Assembly: GCF_009914755.1 (NCBI RefSeq)
Contig: NC_060927.1
Length of the DNA: 64,000 bases
Source: the human T2T-CHM13v2.0 reference genome, Homo sapiens
Direction: 5' to 3' (one strand)
The position numbers and the translations under genes were made by a program. The stretch's first letter is position 1. Each line of letters opens with the position of its first letter. Positions 34,228-57,032 of this stretch are shown here, in pieces. A model generated the notes under the pieces. It saw nothing but the letters and a program-made list of their open reading frames with translations, did no database searches and was not told the origin of the DNA.

Positions 34228-34731
34228 CTAGTGACTTAGTCTTGATGAATAGTCTGCCAAAAACGTGACTAGATATTACTTCCAAGATTAGTTTGTAAAT
34301 ATACTCTGCCTTCCATTTTACTCACTTCTCTTGATCTCTTATTTGCTCACTCTGATGGAATAATGTGAGCTACTGTGATGGGAGCTGCCTTATAGAGAGA
34401 CCAACGTGACCAAAACAAACAAACTGTGACCAAAACAAACACCTGAGCGAGTCCTCTGGCTAACAGCCGGTGAAAAACTGAAGGCTACCATTCCACAGTT
34501 GAATCCCACTCACAGCCAGACTGGAAGTGGATCATTTCCCAATCAAGCCTTGAGATGACCACAGCTCTAAGTACTTCGACTGTAGACTTATGAGGGACTT
34601 CTGAGTCTGAAGCTACAGCTAAGCTGTTTCAGATTTTTGATTCAAAGAAACGGAGAGAAAAATAAATGTTTGTTGCTGTAAGTCACTAAGTTATGGGGTA
34701 ATTTGTTATACAGCAATAGATAATTAATACA
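34228..34731 (+). mobile_element. MLT1E/F-type MaLR LTR
   Basis: 3' end 'aataaatgtttgttgctgtaagtcactaagttatggggtaatttgttatacagcaatagataattaataca'. Confidence 0.8.
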
Positions 34732-34786
34732 TATGGTTTCAATGAAAGCCTCAAAGCAACAGATAGAGGGCTGTCATGGTACATTC

Positions 34787-34909
34787 TTTTTTTTTTTTTT
34801 TCAGTGTTTCAAATGCTTTATTCAGTCTCAATAAAAATTATATTACAGAAAAAAAGAAATAGCTATTTTTTCTTGCTGCTTTAAAAGAAATAGATGTTGG
34901 TAGATGTTA
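34787..34909 (-). other. L1 3'-transduced segment (34802-34909) with its own AATAAA and poly(A)
   Basis: Lies between the L1 tail and the TSD; minus-strand AATAAA at 34817-34822 is 15 nt before an A15 tract (34787-34801). Confidence 0.9.
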
Positions 34910-35123
34910 TTTTTTTTTATTATACTTTAAGTTTTAGGGTACATGTGCACATTGTGCAGGTTAGTTACATATGTATACATGTGCCATGCTGGTGCGCTGC
35001 ACCCACTAACTCGTCATCTAGCACTAGGTATATCTCCCAATGCTATCCCTCCCCCCTCCCCCCACCCCACCACAGTCCCCAGAGTGTGATATTCCCCTTC
35101 CTGTGTCCATGTGATCTCATTGT

Positions 35124-38965
<3,842 letters not shown>

Positions 38966-39013
38966 TTATTTTGCTCGTTAGTCCACGCAGCTTCTTCCTA
39001 GTCTTGATGATCT

Positions 39014-40030
39014 TTACATTTTGGCATGATTTTGCAGTGGCTTGTATCGGTTGTTCCTTTCCATGTTTAGTGCTTCCTTCAGGAGCTCTTGTACAGCAGG
39101 CCTGGTGGTGACAAAATCTCTCAGCATTTGCTTGTCTGTAAAGGATTTTATTTCTCCTTCACTTATGAAGCTTAGTTTGGCTGGATATGAAATTCTGGGT
39201 TGAAAATTCTTTTCTTTAAGAATGTTGAATATTGGCCCCCACTCTCTTCTGGCTTGTAGGGTTTCTGCCGAGAGATCCGCTGTTAGTCTGATGGGCTTTC
39301 CTTTGAGGGTAACCCGACCTTTCTCTCTGGCTGCCCTTAACATTTTTTCCTTCATTTCAACTTTGGTGAATCTGACAATTATGTGTCTTGGAGTTGCTCT
39401 TCTCGAGGAGTATCTTTGTGGCGTTCTCTGTATTTCCTGAATCTGAACGTTGGCCTGCCTTGCTAGATTGGGGAAATTCTCCTGGATAATATCCTGCAGA
39501 GTGTTTTCCAACTTGGTTCCATTCTCCCCATCACTTTCAGGTACACCAATCAGATGTAGATTTGGTCTTTTCACATAGTCCCATATTTCTTGGAGGCTTT
39601 GTTCCTTTTTTTTTATTCTTTTTTCTCTAAACTTGCCTTCTCACTTCATTTCATTCTTTTCATCTTCCATTGCTGATACCCTTTCTTCCAGTTGATCGCA
39701 TCGGCTCCTGAGGCTTCTGCATTCTTCACGTAGTTCTCGAGCCTTGGTTTTCAGCTCCATCAGCTCCTTTAAGCACTTCTCTGTATTGATTATTCTAGTT
39801 ATATATTCTTCTAAATTTTTTTCAAAGTTTTCAACTTTTTTGCCTTTGGTTTGAATGTCCTCCTGTAGCTCGGAGTAATTTGATCGTCTGAAGCCTTCTT
39901 CTCTCAGCTCATCAAAGTCATTCTCCATCCAGCTTTGTTTCATTGCTGGTGAGGAACTGCATTCCTTTGGAGGAGGAGAGGCGCTCTGCGTTTTAGAGTT
40001 TCCAGTTTTTCTGTTCTGTTTTTTCCCCAT
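39014..40030 (-). pseudogene. L1 ORF1 with a single nonsense change at codon 130 (CGA>TGA)
   Basis: 1017-nt span equals a 338-aa ORF1; both ORF pieces are in the same frame and the only stop is at 39641-39643. Confidence 0.93.
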
Positions 40031-40928
40031 CTTTGTGGTTTTATCTACTTTTGGTCTTTGATGATGGTGATGTACAGATGGGTTTTTGGTGTGGATGTCC
40101 TTTCTGTTTGTTAGTTTTCCTTCTAACAGACAGGACCCTCAGCTGCAGGTCTGTTGGAATACCCTGCCGTGTGAGGTGTCAGTGTGCCCCTGCTGGGGGG
40201 TGCCTCCCAGTTAGGCTGCTCAGGGGTCAGGGGTCAGGGACCCACTTGAGGAGGCAGTCTGCCCCTTCTCAGATCTCCAGCTGCGTGCTGGGAGAACCAG
40301 TGCTCTCTTCAAAGCTGTCAGACAGGGACATTTAAGTCTGCAGAGGTTACTGCTGTCTTTTTGTTTGTCTGTGCCCTTCCCCCAGAGGTGGAGCCTACAG
40401 AGGCAGGCAGGCCTCCTGAGCTGTGGTGGGCTCCACCCAGTTCGAGCTTCCTGGCTGCTTTGTTTACCTAAGCAAGCCTGAGCAATGGCGGGCGCCCCTC
40501 CCCCAGCCTCGCTGCTGCCTTGCAGTTTGATCTCAGACTGCTGTGCTAGCAATCAGCGAGACTCTGTGGGCGTAGGACCCTCCGAGCCAGGTGCAGGATA
40601 CAATCTCGTGGTGCACCGTTTTTTAAGCCAGTCCAAAAAGCACAATATTCGGGTGGGAGTGACCCGATTTTCCAGGTGCGTCCGTCACCCCTTTCTTTGA
40701 CTCGGAAAGGGAACTCCCTGACCCCTTGCGCTTCCCAAGTGAGGCAATGTCTCGCCCTGCTTCGGCTCGCACACGGTGCGCGCACCCACTGACCTACGCC
40801 CACTGTCTGGCACTCCCTAGTGAGATGAACCTGGTACCTCAGATGGAAATGCAGAAATCACCCGTCTTCTGCGTCACTCACGCTGGGAGCTGTAGACCGG
40901 AGCTGTTCCTATTCGGCCATCTTGGCTC
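40031..40928 (-). promoter_or_regulatory. L1 5'UTR internal sense promoter plus antisense promoter
   Basis: Complete except about 7 terminal nt; YY1 site AAGATGGCC intact (40915-40923); many CpGs retained. Activity not shown. Confidence 0.75.
40485..40700 (+). CDS. ORF0: L1 ORF0 (antisense 5'UTR ORF), intact 71 aa
   Basis: MAGAPPPASL...RFSRCVRHPFL, the canonical length; CAG|GT donors after ORF0 nt 106 and 191. Expression unknown. Confidence 0.8.
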   Translation: MAGAPPPASLLPCSLISDCCASNQRDSVGVGPSEPGAGYNLVVHRFLSQSKKHNIRVGVTRFSRCVRHPFL

Positions 40929-41289
40929 TGTCATGGTACCTTCTTTAAGTGAGATGCTGGCAAGGAGCATAGACATGCTCACCACAGCTGTGCTGGGTAC
41001 AGATCTGTGACACAGTGTGATATTGACAGGGAGATGTATGCTTTAGTCCATTCATTGTATCCTTAGATTTATTTGTGCCTCACATTTAATCTACACTGTC
41101 AATGACTCTTCAACTTTGTGGTTCTCGATTGATAGATGGGAGATGGATATATAGATTAAATGATGTTAGTTAAGTAAACTATAGACCTCATAGCTGTACT
41201 TGCTCCCAAGGCAAAATAGTATGTGTCATCTGCCTTCTCTGTCATCTAACCTAGAGTTCCCTCACCCTTTTTCCAGCTCTTCAGTTAGC

Positions 41290-43400
41290 TTAGATTGTCG
41301 ACTATTGAGATAATTTACGTCTTCTTATTTGGGAGATCGAAGTACCTGTTTTTATAATCCTTCCTTTAGAGTTATTACCAGAATAGAAGTCCAAGTGAGT
41401 GGCTCAATTTCCCTATTTACTCCACCTTAATCTCATTTTATTTCAGCAACACTATCTCCTAATAATAATCAGAATTAATTACATTGTCAAAGTAGTCAAA
41501 GAGTAATACTTTTTTTTTTTTTTTTGCCTACTTATTCACTAGCATAAGAAGCCCAAAATGATATGGTGATAGACTACTGAATTGAGTGCCAATTTTAAGA
41601 AAAACTGCTTCTGCATTCAGGATGAAAGAGAACAATGTGGTTGACTTGATATCAAGTGACTGGCAGGTTTCTCAACAGATGGTGCAATATCAAGATGTTA
41701 CTTTCTTCTCAGCAGCTGACTGTTGAATGCCTAGCATTGGCACTTGCCAGCAGTCTTAATCAGATGCATCCCTTGCTGTTAAAACCATCAATGGCCTCCA
41801 TTTCTGCCCCTTGGCTACCATATTCATACTCACTGTGCAAGCACTGGGCAGGTAGAGAACATAGGCTGGATAATCCTTATAAGACAAACCATTCTACTTC
41901 ATTGATGCATCCAATTGACCAGTCCTTCCTCTGTGGTGGATGATATTTAGTGGCCATTGGCATGAAATACAAGTGTCTACCAATTCTGTGCCTATTTTCT
42001 ATAAATTACTTCATATGCCTCTTTTCTAGACTACTTTGTTTCTGAATTTCTAAACTCTTCCTCAGACTCTGTCTAGTTAACAAAATGATTCTCATTGCCC
42101 AATAGGGTGTATATAGTGATACCAGGTCACTTATTCATCTGTATTAATGGACAATCTAGCAGATCTCTGAATTCTACCTAATAAAGGCTCTACTACATTT
42201 TAGAACCACTACTGACTGGAGCTGTAGGACTTGCACACACATATTAGGCTGATCCATCTGTGAACAAAGCCAATAATTTTCTTTTTCCATTATATTGTAG
42301 TAGGAGCCACCATTAATCCATACGTGGATGCTGAGATAAAAATTGCAAGATTTCCATGGAGATCTGGGAACCCATATGTTGACCCCCAGGATCTGTCCAG
42401 GAAAAATTTCTAGTGATTGCAACTGCATTTGTCCAACATGATTTGGATGAGCCCAGTAATATCTAGTTCACGAGTTGCAGCTCTGACTGAAGTCCCTTCA
42501 TTTCCCACAGTCAGGTGCTCAGGCTCCACTAGCCACAGGAGCTGCATTTTGAACAATGAGGAATTCTTTGCTGGTGTACTGCAAAACCCAAGTATGTACA
42601 CTGCAAATCTCTTAATGAGACTTGCCATAGACTCCACTCTACCTCCGTATCTGTGATGAACACCTCTAGCGCTATTGGATCTGTTCTGTCATATGAGCCA
42701 AATGACAGAAATTTTGCACCAGATTCTGAATATTATGTGGAATTCTCTCTTGCTCTGATCGCTACTGAAATCTGGGAGCCTTCTGAGTCACCTGATACAT
42801 TAATCAGAGGAGTAATCAGAGGGTAAATATATGTTGACAAACAGGCCCCAATAATGACTGGGTCCCTTTCTTAGCAATAGATCATGCAGCATACAATAAA
42901 TTATTTTGAATATTAGATGATATACCATTCCCTGCCACCAGATTATTAGTCTCATGAAAATTTTGCTATAATTGAAAAACACTGATAACCTGTGGAGATT
43001 TTTTTTTTCTATCTGTAGCATATATTTGTCCTTCTAGTGTTTCCAGAGTTTCTCCCACTTCCTGATAATACAGCCTAATAGTATGCTGCCAACAGTATAG
43101 TGCAAAACAAAGTTCTGAGGAACGTCAAGTTAATCAAGTCTTTCAAGTCTATGCAGTGACAAAAATGACTACATAAAAATCACTGTGGGATGATATTGTA
43201 TTGTTGTCATGATTATGTGAAATCAAACTGATTGTGATGCTTTTGGAAAAGAAGATATGATCCAGATCAATAGCAGCACAGAAAGTATGTTGATTAGTTC
43301 TTCTTAAAGTACCATATCCATCACAGCATCCACTATTGAGGCTACAACTTGATTAAATTTCTATAGTTTTTATTATCTTACCATGGTAAGGGCAGTAAGA
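41290..43400 (-). mobile_element. Ancient ERVL-class pol remnant (RT to integrase)
   Basis: Minus strand near 43250-43370 reads like ERVL RT (YR.L..VV..I..AV.D.V; AAIDL); near 41640-41850 like integrase N-terminus (PVLAQ..., GRNGG, QV.HI). Confidence 0.7.
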
Positions 43401-44479
43401 TTTATAATGACATCCTAGTGACTCCCAGGGATGATTTGTTTACAAATAGTGTTTACCTACCATGCCTGGTTAGACAACCTGGCTTGACTAAAAGGCCCAG
43501 GGGACATAAAAAGACTCCATTAGGAACTAGGACCTTAGGCTCTTGTGAAATCAAGATTTATCATACAGATCATTTTGGCTAAATCTGGAAGCAAACCTCA
43601 TGCATGTGCCAAAGGTGTCTGTGTCTGGATGTCTCTCAGATCCACAATGCTTGTCTGCACTCTTTCTCTTTAGGCAATTTATTATTTGCCTTTAAATAAA
43701 AATATTCATGACTATGCTTGGTGGAATCATTTGAGATTTTTCAAATATCTGACTTTGAGAAATTTTGCATAGGGGAAGGCTAAAGAAGAGAAATTTTAAT
43801 TAGTTGGCTTCAGCTGTGGGCAACTGTAATTCAAACTTGCTTAAAACTCATTAAGAAAAAAGTGATTAACCATTGTCATACTAAAGGATTGGGAGGCTGG
43901 CTCTTCTAATGACTTTATTCCCTATTTATTGAGTGTTTCCTCAGATAAATTAATACTTCTATACTTGGAGGTCATGCCTGTAGGTAGACTGAAGAGCTCG
44001 TTCATCTCTGGCAAAGCTTCAACCTGTAAAACAGAGAAATGTCTTTATTGGAAACTTTATGTACTGAGTACTGGGAAAATAGTTGAAATTGTTTACCACA
44101 GTTCTTATGAAATAAAGTGGACCCATGGGAGCATCACATGTGTCTGCTACATTGTTTGAAAAATAATGTTTATGTCCATATGAGTATGTGAAGAGAGGAG
44201 TGAAAGGTTAGAGCCCATGTTAGAGACATTAAACATTTAAGATTTTTCATAAAATAAAAAGGTTTCATTCTTAAAGAATTTTTATGATTTATCTGCTCAC
44301 TCTCCTTCACCACCACGGAATAATTCCAATATCAAAATTAACATTATTCAAAACTATTTTGAAAAAGTTAAAAAGAATAACTGTAGAAGAGGCTTCATAG
44401 GTGAAATATAAATTACTTTTACGTTATCTATGATTTACTTCTAAGATAAAAATATCATTTTATTTTACCGTTTATGTGA

Positions 44480-44960
44480 CTGATCTTGTGTAATTGCCAC
44501 CCCACACTTGGCTTTGCATACACAGGGTTAAGAATTTCACACATGTCTAACAAATAACAAGATGTGGTTACTTTGGAGGAATGAGTGGGGAGAGCATATG
44601 ATCTGTCAATTAAGGACAATTAGGTTCTTTCACTAAAACTAATACCTAGATACTGGAGGAAATAAGCTATCTATTTCCTGGGTTCTCTATGCCATGAGAA
44701 TATGAATCATGGGCTGTTGACCATCTTCCTTATGATTTGGATAAAGCCTGTCAACAAAAGGAAGACAAGCAGAGTAAAGCATAAATAAGACATGGGTTAA
44801 TGAGACAGTTCTTGAAACCCTTTGAGAACTTGCTGCTGCCATCTAAAATCAATAGTTTGAATTGTCTTAGTATCATTTCAAGATATCTAACTTTGAAATA
44901 ACTTTTATTTTTATTAAGCTTATTTTAATTTTGTTTCAATTAAAAAATAAATTCCTGCCT
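44480..44960 (+). mobile_element. Old MLT1 (J/K-like) LTR remnant
   Basis: Diverged MLT1-type 3' end 'ttattaagcttattttaattttgtttc...cctgcctaaaata'. Confidence 0.4.
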
Positions 44961-45467
44961 AAAATATAAAATATGGCATAAATCAAAACAGTTTAGCTGC
45001 AACAAATACAAGTATTATGTTCTCCATATCTAAATAATTAAATACTATTTTTCAAGAATCTTAACATGCAAGGCGTTTAGCTTTACAAAATGTTATAGAC
45101 TGTCATGGAAAAATTGATGAAAAAAGAGACGTATTTAATAGTTAATATGACTGAAATTTGGGGAGTAGGAGCTATAACATATGTCATTGCAAACTTTAAT
45201 ATCACAAAGTTTTAAGGAAGCCTTTGTTAAAGATTTGAATTACTTTAAAATATTCTAGTATACAATTTATATTTTATCTCAGTTCTTGAAGAATTGGGTC
45301 ATGTGACACTAATAATATATTACATTCATAGACAGTAAGAAAGACAAGATAACAATTTTAAAAATGGCCATGAAAGCTGGCAGTAGACACAGGATATAGT
45401 ACTCCACTGAGCATGAACAGTTTTGTAGAGTGTCAACAATATTAGACAAGATCCTTATTGCCCACGG

Positions 45468-45942
45468 TGAAATTATGCAAATATAAGAATACTTTGTAAT
45501 CCTATCTTAACCCAAGATGAACAAAATTAAGCTATGCAAACAGAAAATATACCCCACAAACCCCTTTTTGTACTTTCTAAAATTAGTAAGCACTGCTTCT
45601 TTACCAATTACAATTCTAGTCATGCTCCCATGTCTTAAATAAAATGAACACCTGTATGTTCATTTTATTAAAGTTAGTGATAATTAATTGCAATAATCCG
45701 ACCATTATCCCCAAATTGCCCACTTTCTGGAGACCATTCAATGCTTAAAAACCGTTACTTCTTAAATGCTTTCCTAAGACACAGCCCAAATGGACTCCTT
45801 TTCTCTAAGTCAATTTCCTAAGGTATCCATTCTTCTTGAGGCTGCAGGTCAATTTTGCACCCTTCTTGGGACTGCAGTCAAATTTAGTTTGACTTTAGGT
45901 GTGTATCTAATAGTCTTTTGGCACTGGGTATCATGGGTAGAC
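45468..45942 (+). mobile_element. MER110-like LTR remnant
   Basis: 'gcttctttaccaattaca', 'acacagcccaaat', 3' end 'aggtgtgtatctaatagtcttttggc...gaca'. Confidence 0.45.
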
Positions 45943-46199
45943 AAAGGTGTGTGTGTGTATATTTTTGCATGTGTGTGTCTATATATATTATACTGGAGAA
46001 TAAAGAGCAAAATTCAGCAGTGACTACAAATGAGTAAAATCTAATTTTATTACAAATTGCATTTAAATTTTTAATAAACTATATATATGTTTTATATAAA
46101 AAATTAATAGAATGTGTATATATGTATTATACAAAATTTATATATAAGATGTGTATATATAATACAAATAAACATTTCATTAAAAATTAAAAAATATTT

Positions 46200-47535
46200 A
46201 AATCCTAAAAATTTTTAAATTCCAAATTTATATGAAAACCCAGAAACTTAGAATAGGTAAAAAAAAAAAAATTAGAAACAAAGAAATAATATTAGGGCAA
46301 ATGCACTACCTGATTCTAAAACATATTTAAAGTAACAGTAGTCATGATAGTATGACACTGGCATAAATAGAACAGTAGAAGAGAAGAGACTCCAGAAATA
46401 GACTCACATGTGTGTCAATCGATTTTTGACAAGCTCCTGAGTTAGTTCAGTGGAGAAGCAATCATGAAAGAATTAAGAATATGCCACCCTAGGATTGACT
46501 ATTTAAGTTAAAGACACTTGAAAAACAGCAGGTGCAAAAAGATTACTCTGACCTTTGTGCTGTTTCCTAAAAGTAGAAGACGAAATTCCTATGTGAAAGA
46601 TGCTCTTCCTATGCTAGAAGAAAAGGCAACATCTTTATCCTAAAAGATGAGAATTCAAAACCAAGAGAATTCTGTACAGACTCTGCTAAAATTGCTGTTG
46701 TCTTTTACGCCTTCCCACATAATTCAGTTGCTTCTTCACAACTAACTCTTCTTTCTCCAATTCTGTATGTAGGTATCAGACTCTAATTGATTCTTCAGGT
46801 CTTCCTTTCTTTATAAGGGCCCCTATGCCATGTAAAACTTGTATTGTGTTTTCTTCCTATTAATCTATGTCAAGTAAGTTTAATTCTCAAACCCATATGA
46901 GACCCTAAAAGGGGCGATGAAGGTAGAGATTTTCCAATATAATTTTATCTACAATAAGATTTTCAAGAAATGATGCTGAAACAATTGAACACACATGTGC
47001 AAAAAGATGAAAATTAATTCTTACCTCACATCATATAAAAACTGGCAGTTTTTCTGTTACATGAAGTTAAATATAAATTCACTATGTATCCCAGCAATCC
47101 TACTCCTAGGTATTTACTTAAGAGAAATTAAAACGTAATTATACATAAAGACTTGTACACAAATGCACCTTGTGGCTATATTTATACCAAAAGTTGTAAA
47201 GAGCCCACAAATATATCCTGTCAGGACTGGTTAAGTACATTTTGTTACATGCATACAATGAAATAGTATTCAGTAATGAAAATAATGTATTACAGATTTA
47301 TATAAGAGTCAAGCTGAAAATCACAGCCTTGACTGCCTGATGAAGCTAAAGTTTGATAAGAATTGACTTCAAAGGGGCTCAGAGAAACTTTTGCGGATGA
47401 TGGAAGTAGTCTACATTTTGATTGTGATGGTGTTTACATGATTATGTATACTTGTCAAGCATATAGAACTGAAAACCTAGAAACAGTAGATTTTCCTGTA
47501 AGTTATACCTCAATATGACTAAAAAATAAAAATAA
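46200..47535 (+). mobile_element. Ancient L1M (MC/MD/ME) ORF2-3'UTR fragments
   Basis: 'ccagaaatagactcaca', 'cccagcaatcctactcctaggtattta', 'gttatacctcaata'. Confidence 0.7.
46465..46953 (+). mobile_element. MER34B-like ERV1 solo LTR
   Basis: 'tgaaagaattaagaatatgccaccc...acttgaaaaacagcaggtgcaa...ctaca'; TSD atca/ataa. Confidence 0.8.
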
Positions 47536-47559
47536 ACACTGTGCCAGGTAAATCTGCAG

Positions 47560-47960
47560 GTAGCATTTAATTAGAAGCAGGAAAGTTAGTGATAATTAAT
47601 TGCAATAATCCAACCATAAATTGACTAGAATCTAGACTTGTCTTAAGGTAAAAGTAAAAAAAAGGGTCAAATCAAATAATTTTTAAAAATAATGAATCTA
47701 TAATTTTTATGAAAATATGGGTTATGAAAAGGAAAAAGAGCAAACTTGAGAAATATTTTTAATCTCATGACTGCAGAACATGCATGTTGATAGAAATGAC
47801 TAATTTGGGAATAAAAGTCACCTTGAACATTGGAGGCAAATGAACTCAACTTTCAGTGATATTGAGGAAATTGTGGGACATTCAAATATTAGGAAATGCC
47901 AGGTGAGAAATAAGATAAATGGTTACAGCTGAAAATGCATATTTCAGAATCAGATTAGAT
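47560..47960 (-). mobile_element. L2 remnant
   Basis: 'gaagcaggaaag...attgcaataatcca' and downstream L2-like motifs; very diverged. Confidence 0.4.
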
Positions 47961-48347
47961 ATTTAAAACTAGAGAGCAATTGAAATATTTTTTCACTTGT
48001 ACATCATTTCAAGTATGACAAAAAGGGTGCCCAGGAAGGTATTTGCTATGCAAAATATAATACTATCATTTGAAGATATAGAATTGGGGATCCTAATCTG
48101 ATTAGTCCACAATTTGTGTTTTTCCCATTCAGTTTCTAATGACATCGCAGACGTGCATAAGCTCTTTGAGGGACATAATGTGGAGTGAGTAGAAACAATA
48201 TATAATAGTATTTAATAATGGCAAAGTATTTATGTCAATCATGTGATGAGCACTTTATTTTCATTTCTTTATTCAGACTGCAAAATAGCACTTAAAATAG
48301 TAGGAAGTGTTATTATCTTTATTTTACATATAAAAAAAAAAATCTGG

Positions 48348-54400
<6,053 letters not shown>

Positions 54401-56966
54401 AAACAGAATCTGGAGAAAAAAGACAACAAAGGTCTAAGAAAGCATTAACAAATTTATCAAGCTTAACAGCATATTCAGATAGATTGTCAAAATCAGGGGC
54501 TTGGAGCTGAGTTTATCAGATCTGAGTAATGTGGGCACCAGTTATGAAAAAAGAAAGATCCTTACGCAAATTATACATAACAATACAAACATTTGCTAAG
54601 CCTATATGTCAATTTTAATCTAGCATGAGTGTTGTCCTCAAACCTAACACAGATTTTAATTTCATCTTTCTTGTTTGTAACAAAAGTCAACTTCTGTTTC
54701 CGGTCACATATACTGATCTGATCTGATTTTAGTCAAATGTAGGATATTTATGTAAAGCATTGAAAACAACTCGGTTAAATATTAAAGTGTAGAAAATTAT
54801 GAAAACAATGCTTGATCAAAGAATGTAAGTGCTATTTTTTAAGAAATTCTCTGAAAGTTAAAGAGATTGCTTTATGTTAAAGGGAAATAAATTTTCTGTT
54901 AATTAATATTACTGTGCACATCCACATGAAAAGCTTTTTAATAAAGGTGAATTATAACTTCAAATATGCTTATCTGAGATTCCCTGAAAAAAATGATTAT
55001 GAAGGTGTGAGTATGTTGCTGAGTTTGGGGTAGAAACCAGCCTAAGTTATATATGTGTGTGTGTCTGTTTGTGTGTGTGTTTGTGTATATATATAAAATT
55101 ACATGCTGTAATTTTTTTCCATTTCAGTCCATTATTTCTCAGTCTCATAAAAACAGTAAAAATTGCAACCAGATTAAAAAAATTAAAAGCAATGCATAAT
55201 GAAATTTGCCTTTATGGTGTTTTCTGTTCGTTTCAGCACTATTTTGACATTGTATTATCATCTGTATTTTATTACATTTTTTGCCTTTTGCCCTTTACTG
55301 TAGTCAAATAGATGATACTTTTTGCAGAAAAATGTTCAGCATTGTGAATTTAAAAAAAGCAATTAATAATGTATTGTCTGAGTAGAATTTAATTCCATAA
55401 CATTTTTAAGAAATATTGCCTGAGGATTTATTAAGTATAGAAATTGTTTTTAAAAATCTATTTTTTTTATTTCAAGAGCTCTTGTTGGGCTTTTAGTCAC
55501 ACCTGCCATATTTTAAATACAATAATTACATTTTAAATAACTTTTCTTGCAGAAAGATCTTATACATATAGAAATGAAGTTGAAATTATTAGATCAAATA
55601 AAGTCAGTGTTAATTCTGTTAAAAATTTGAGAGCTATAAAAGATAAACGAATGAATCGCTATATTTAACACACTTATATATTTCACTTCTGCCTTACAAT
55701 GGAGTCATTTAAATACATCAAGATTTTGAAATGATTTTGATTTATTTTATAATAGTAACTTGCAATAATATAATTTGTTATCTATATGAAATTTCAGGCC
55801 ATAAACCTATATATGAAAAGCTGATTATTTATTTAGAACAAAACTAAACAATTCACTAATTCCAAACCTTTGTTGGTTGGAGGTTGTGAAGCCAAGGAGC
55901 TCCTTAACTACACTTGTAATTTCTAACTTGGTTTCTTTCGATACAATCTAGTTTAGTAAGTGTCAAACAAAGAAGATAATACAAATATACTTCCTCAGCT
56001 AAAATGAATTCATTTGTTATTGTATATTTGTTATTTGTAGTAAAAAAAAATGAAGACGAAGTTGTCAAAGTTCACTTTTGAAAGGTTTATCAAAGTTTCA
56101 ATTACTTAACATGGATATTTGCACTACAGGCCAGGCCATATAATCAATAGTACTCTGTGTTTGTCCACTGGAAGAACTACAAGAGAAGTGAGAAAGACAG
56201 ATAGAAAGAGAAAGGGGACAGTAAGAGAAATATAAATATGTCCTGATAAATAATAAAACTGTATGGAAATATATTTAACTTTCAACATAGAATGTTAAAA
56301 CACTTTAGGAATTATTTCCATGTTACCTAATCTTTGAAAGAAATTGTTTTTGTTAAAATTGAGTAGCATTTTTGCTTTCTTCCTTAATAAATTTAAGGAA
56401 TAGAAAATGGAAGTACTGGCATTCAAATTTTGCATCATTGATAAATCATTTTAAGATGATTTTTATATTACTGTTCTAATGTATAATTGGTATTTTAGTT
56501 AGCAGTTCCAGATTTTTTTGTAAATAATATTTAATTTTCTAAATTATAAAAAGGGAATATTTTTATAATTGTAAAGTATATCAAAGTCTTTTAAATAATA
56601 AAAACTAGAAATCCCTAGATCTAATATATTTTTGTATACCTTTGTAATGTTCTTTCCATACTGAACTCATGAACAAACTTAGTTTTCAAAATATTGTGAA
56701 TTTTACCGTATGCTCAGTTTCTAAATCTTTAAGGCAAGAGTCATATTACATGTCAAAAATAATTCTCTTAAATAATACATTTGACATAGAATCACATTAT
56801 TCTAGCATTGAAAGTGATGATTTCTCATTTAAATACTTCAAATGACTAAGACTGCCTCTGAAATTTTTAGGTCTCTTGTGAGCACAGTATGAATCCTTAC
56901 TGTCAATTCATATATTGCATACCTTATTTAGATTCAGAAAGTCTTTAATTATCTACACTCTTTTAT

Positions 56967-57032
56967 CTTTTATCTTAAATAATATATAATTTCATTTTAT
57001 ACTTTTATCTTAAATGATATATAATTTCATTT
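56967..57032. repeat. Tandem duplication, 31 bp x2 (35-bp period)
   Basis: cttttatcttaaat(a/g)atatataatttcattt at 56967-56997 and 57002-57032. Confidence 0.9.

Noticed and set aside
34406-34441. gtgaccaaaacaaaca repeated with a 20-bp period
   Set aside because: Ordinary slippage duplication within an MLT1 LTR.
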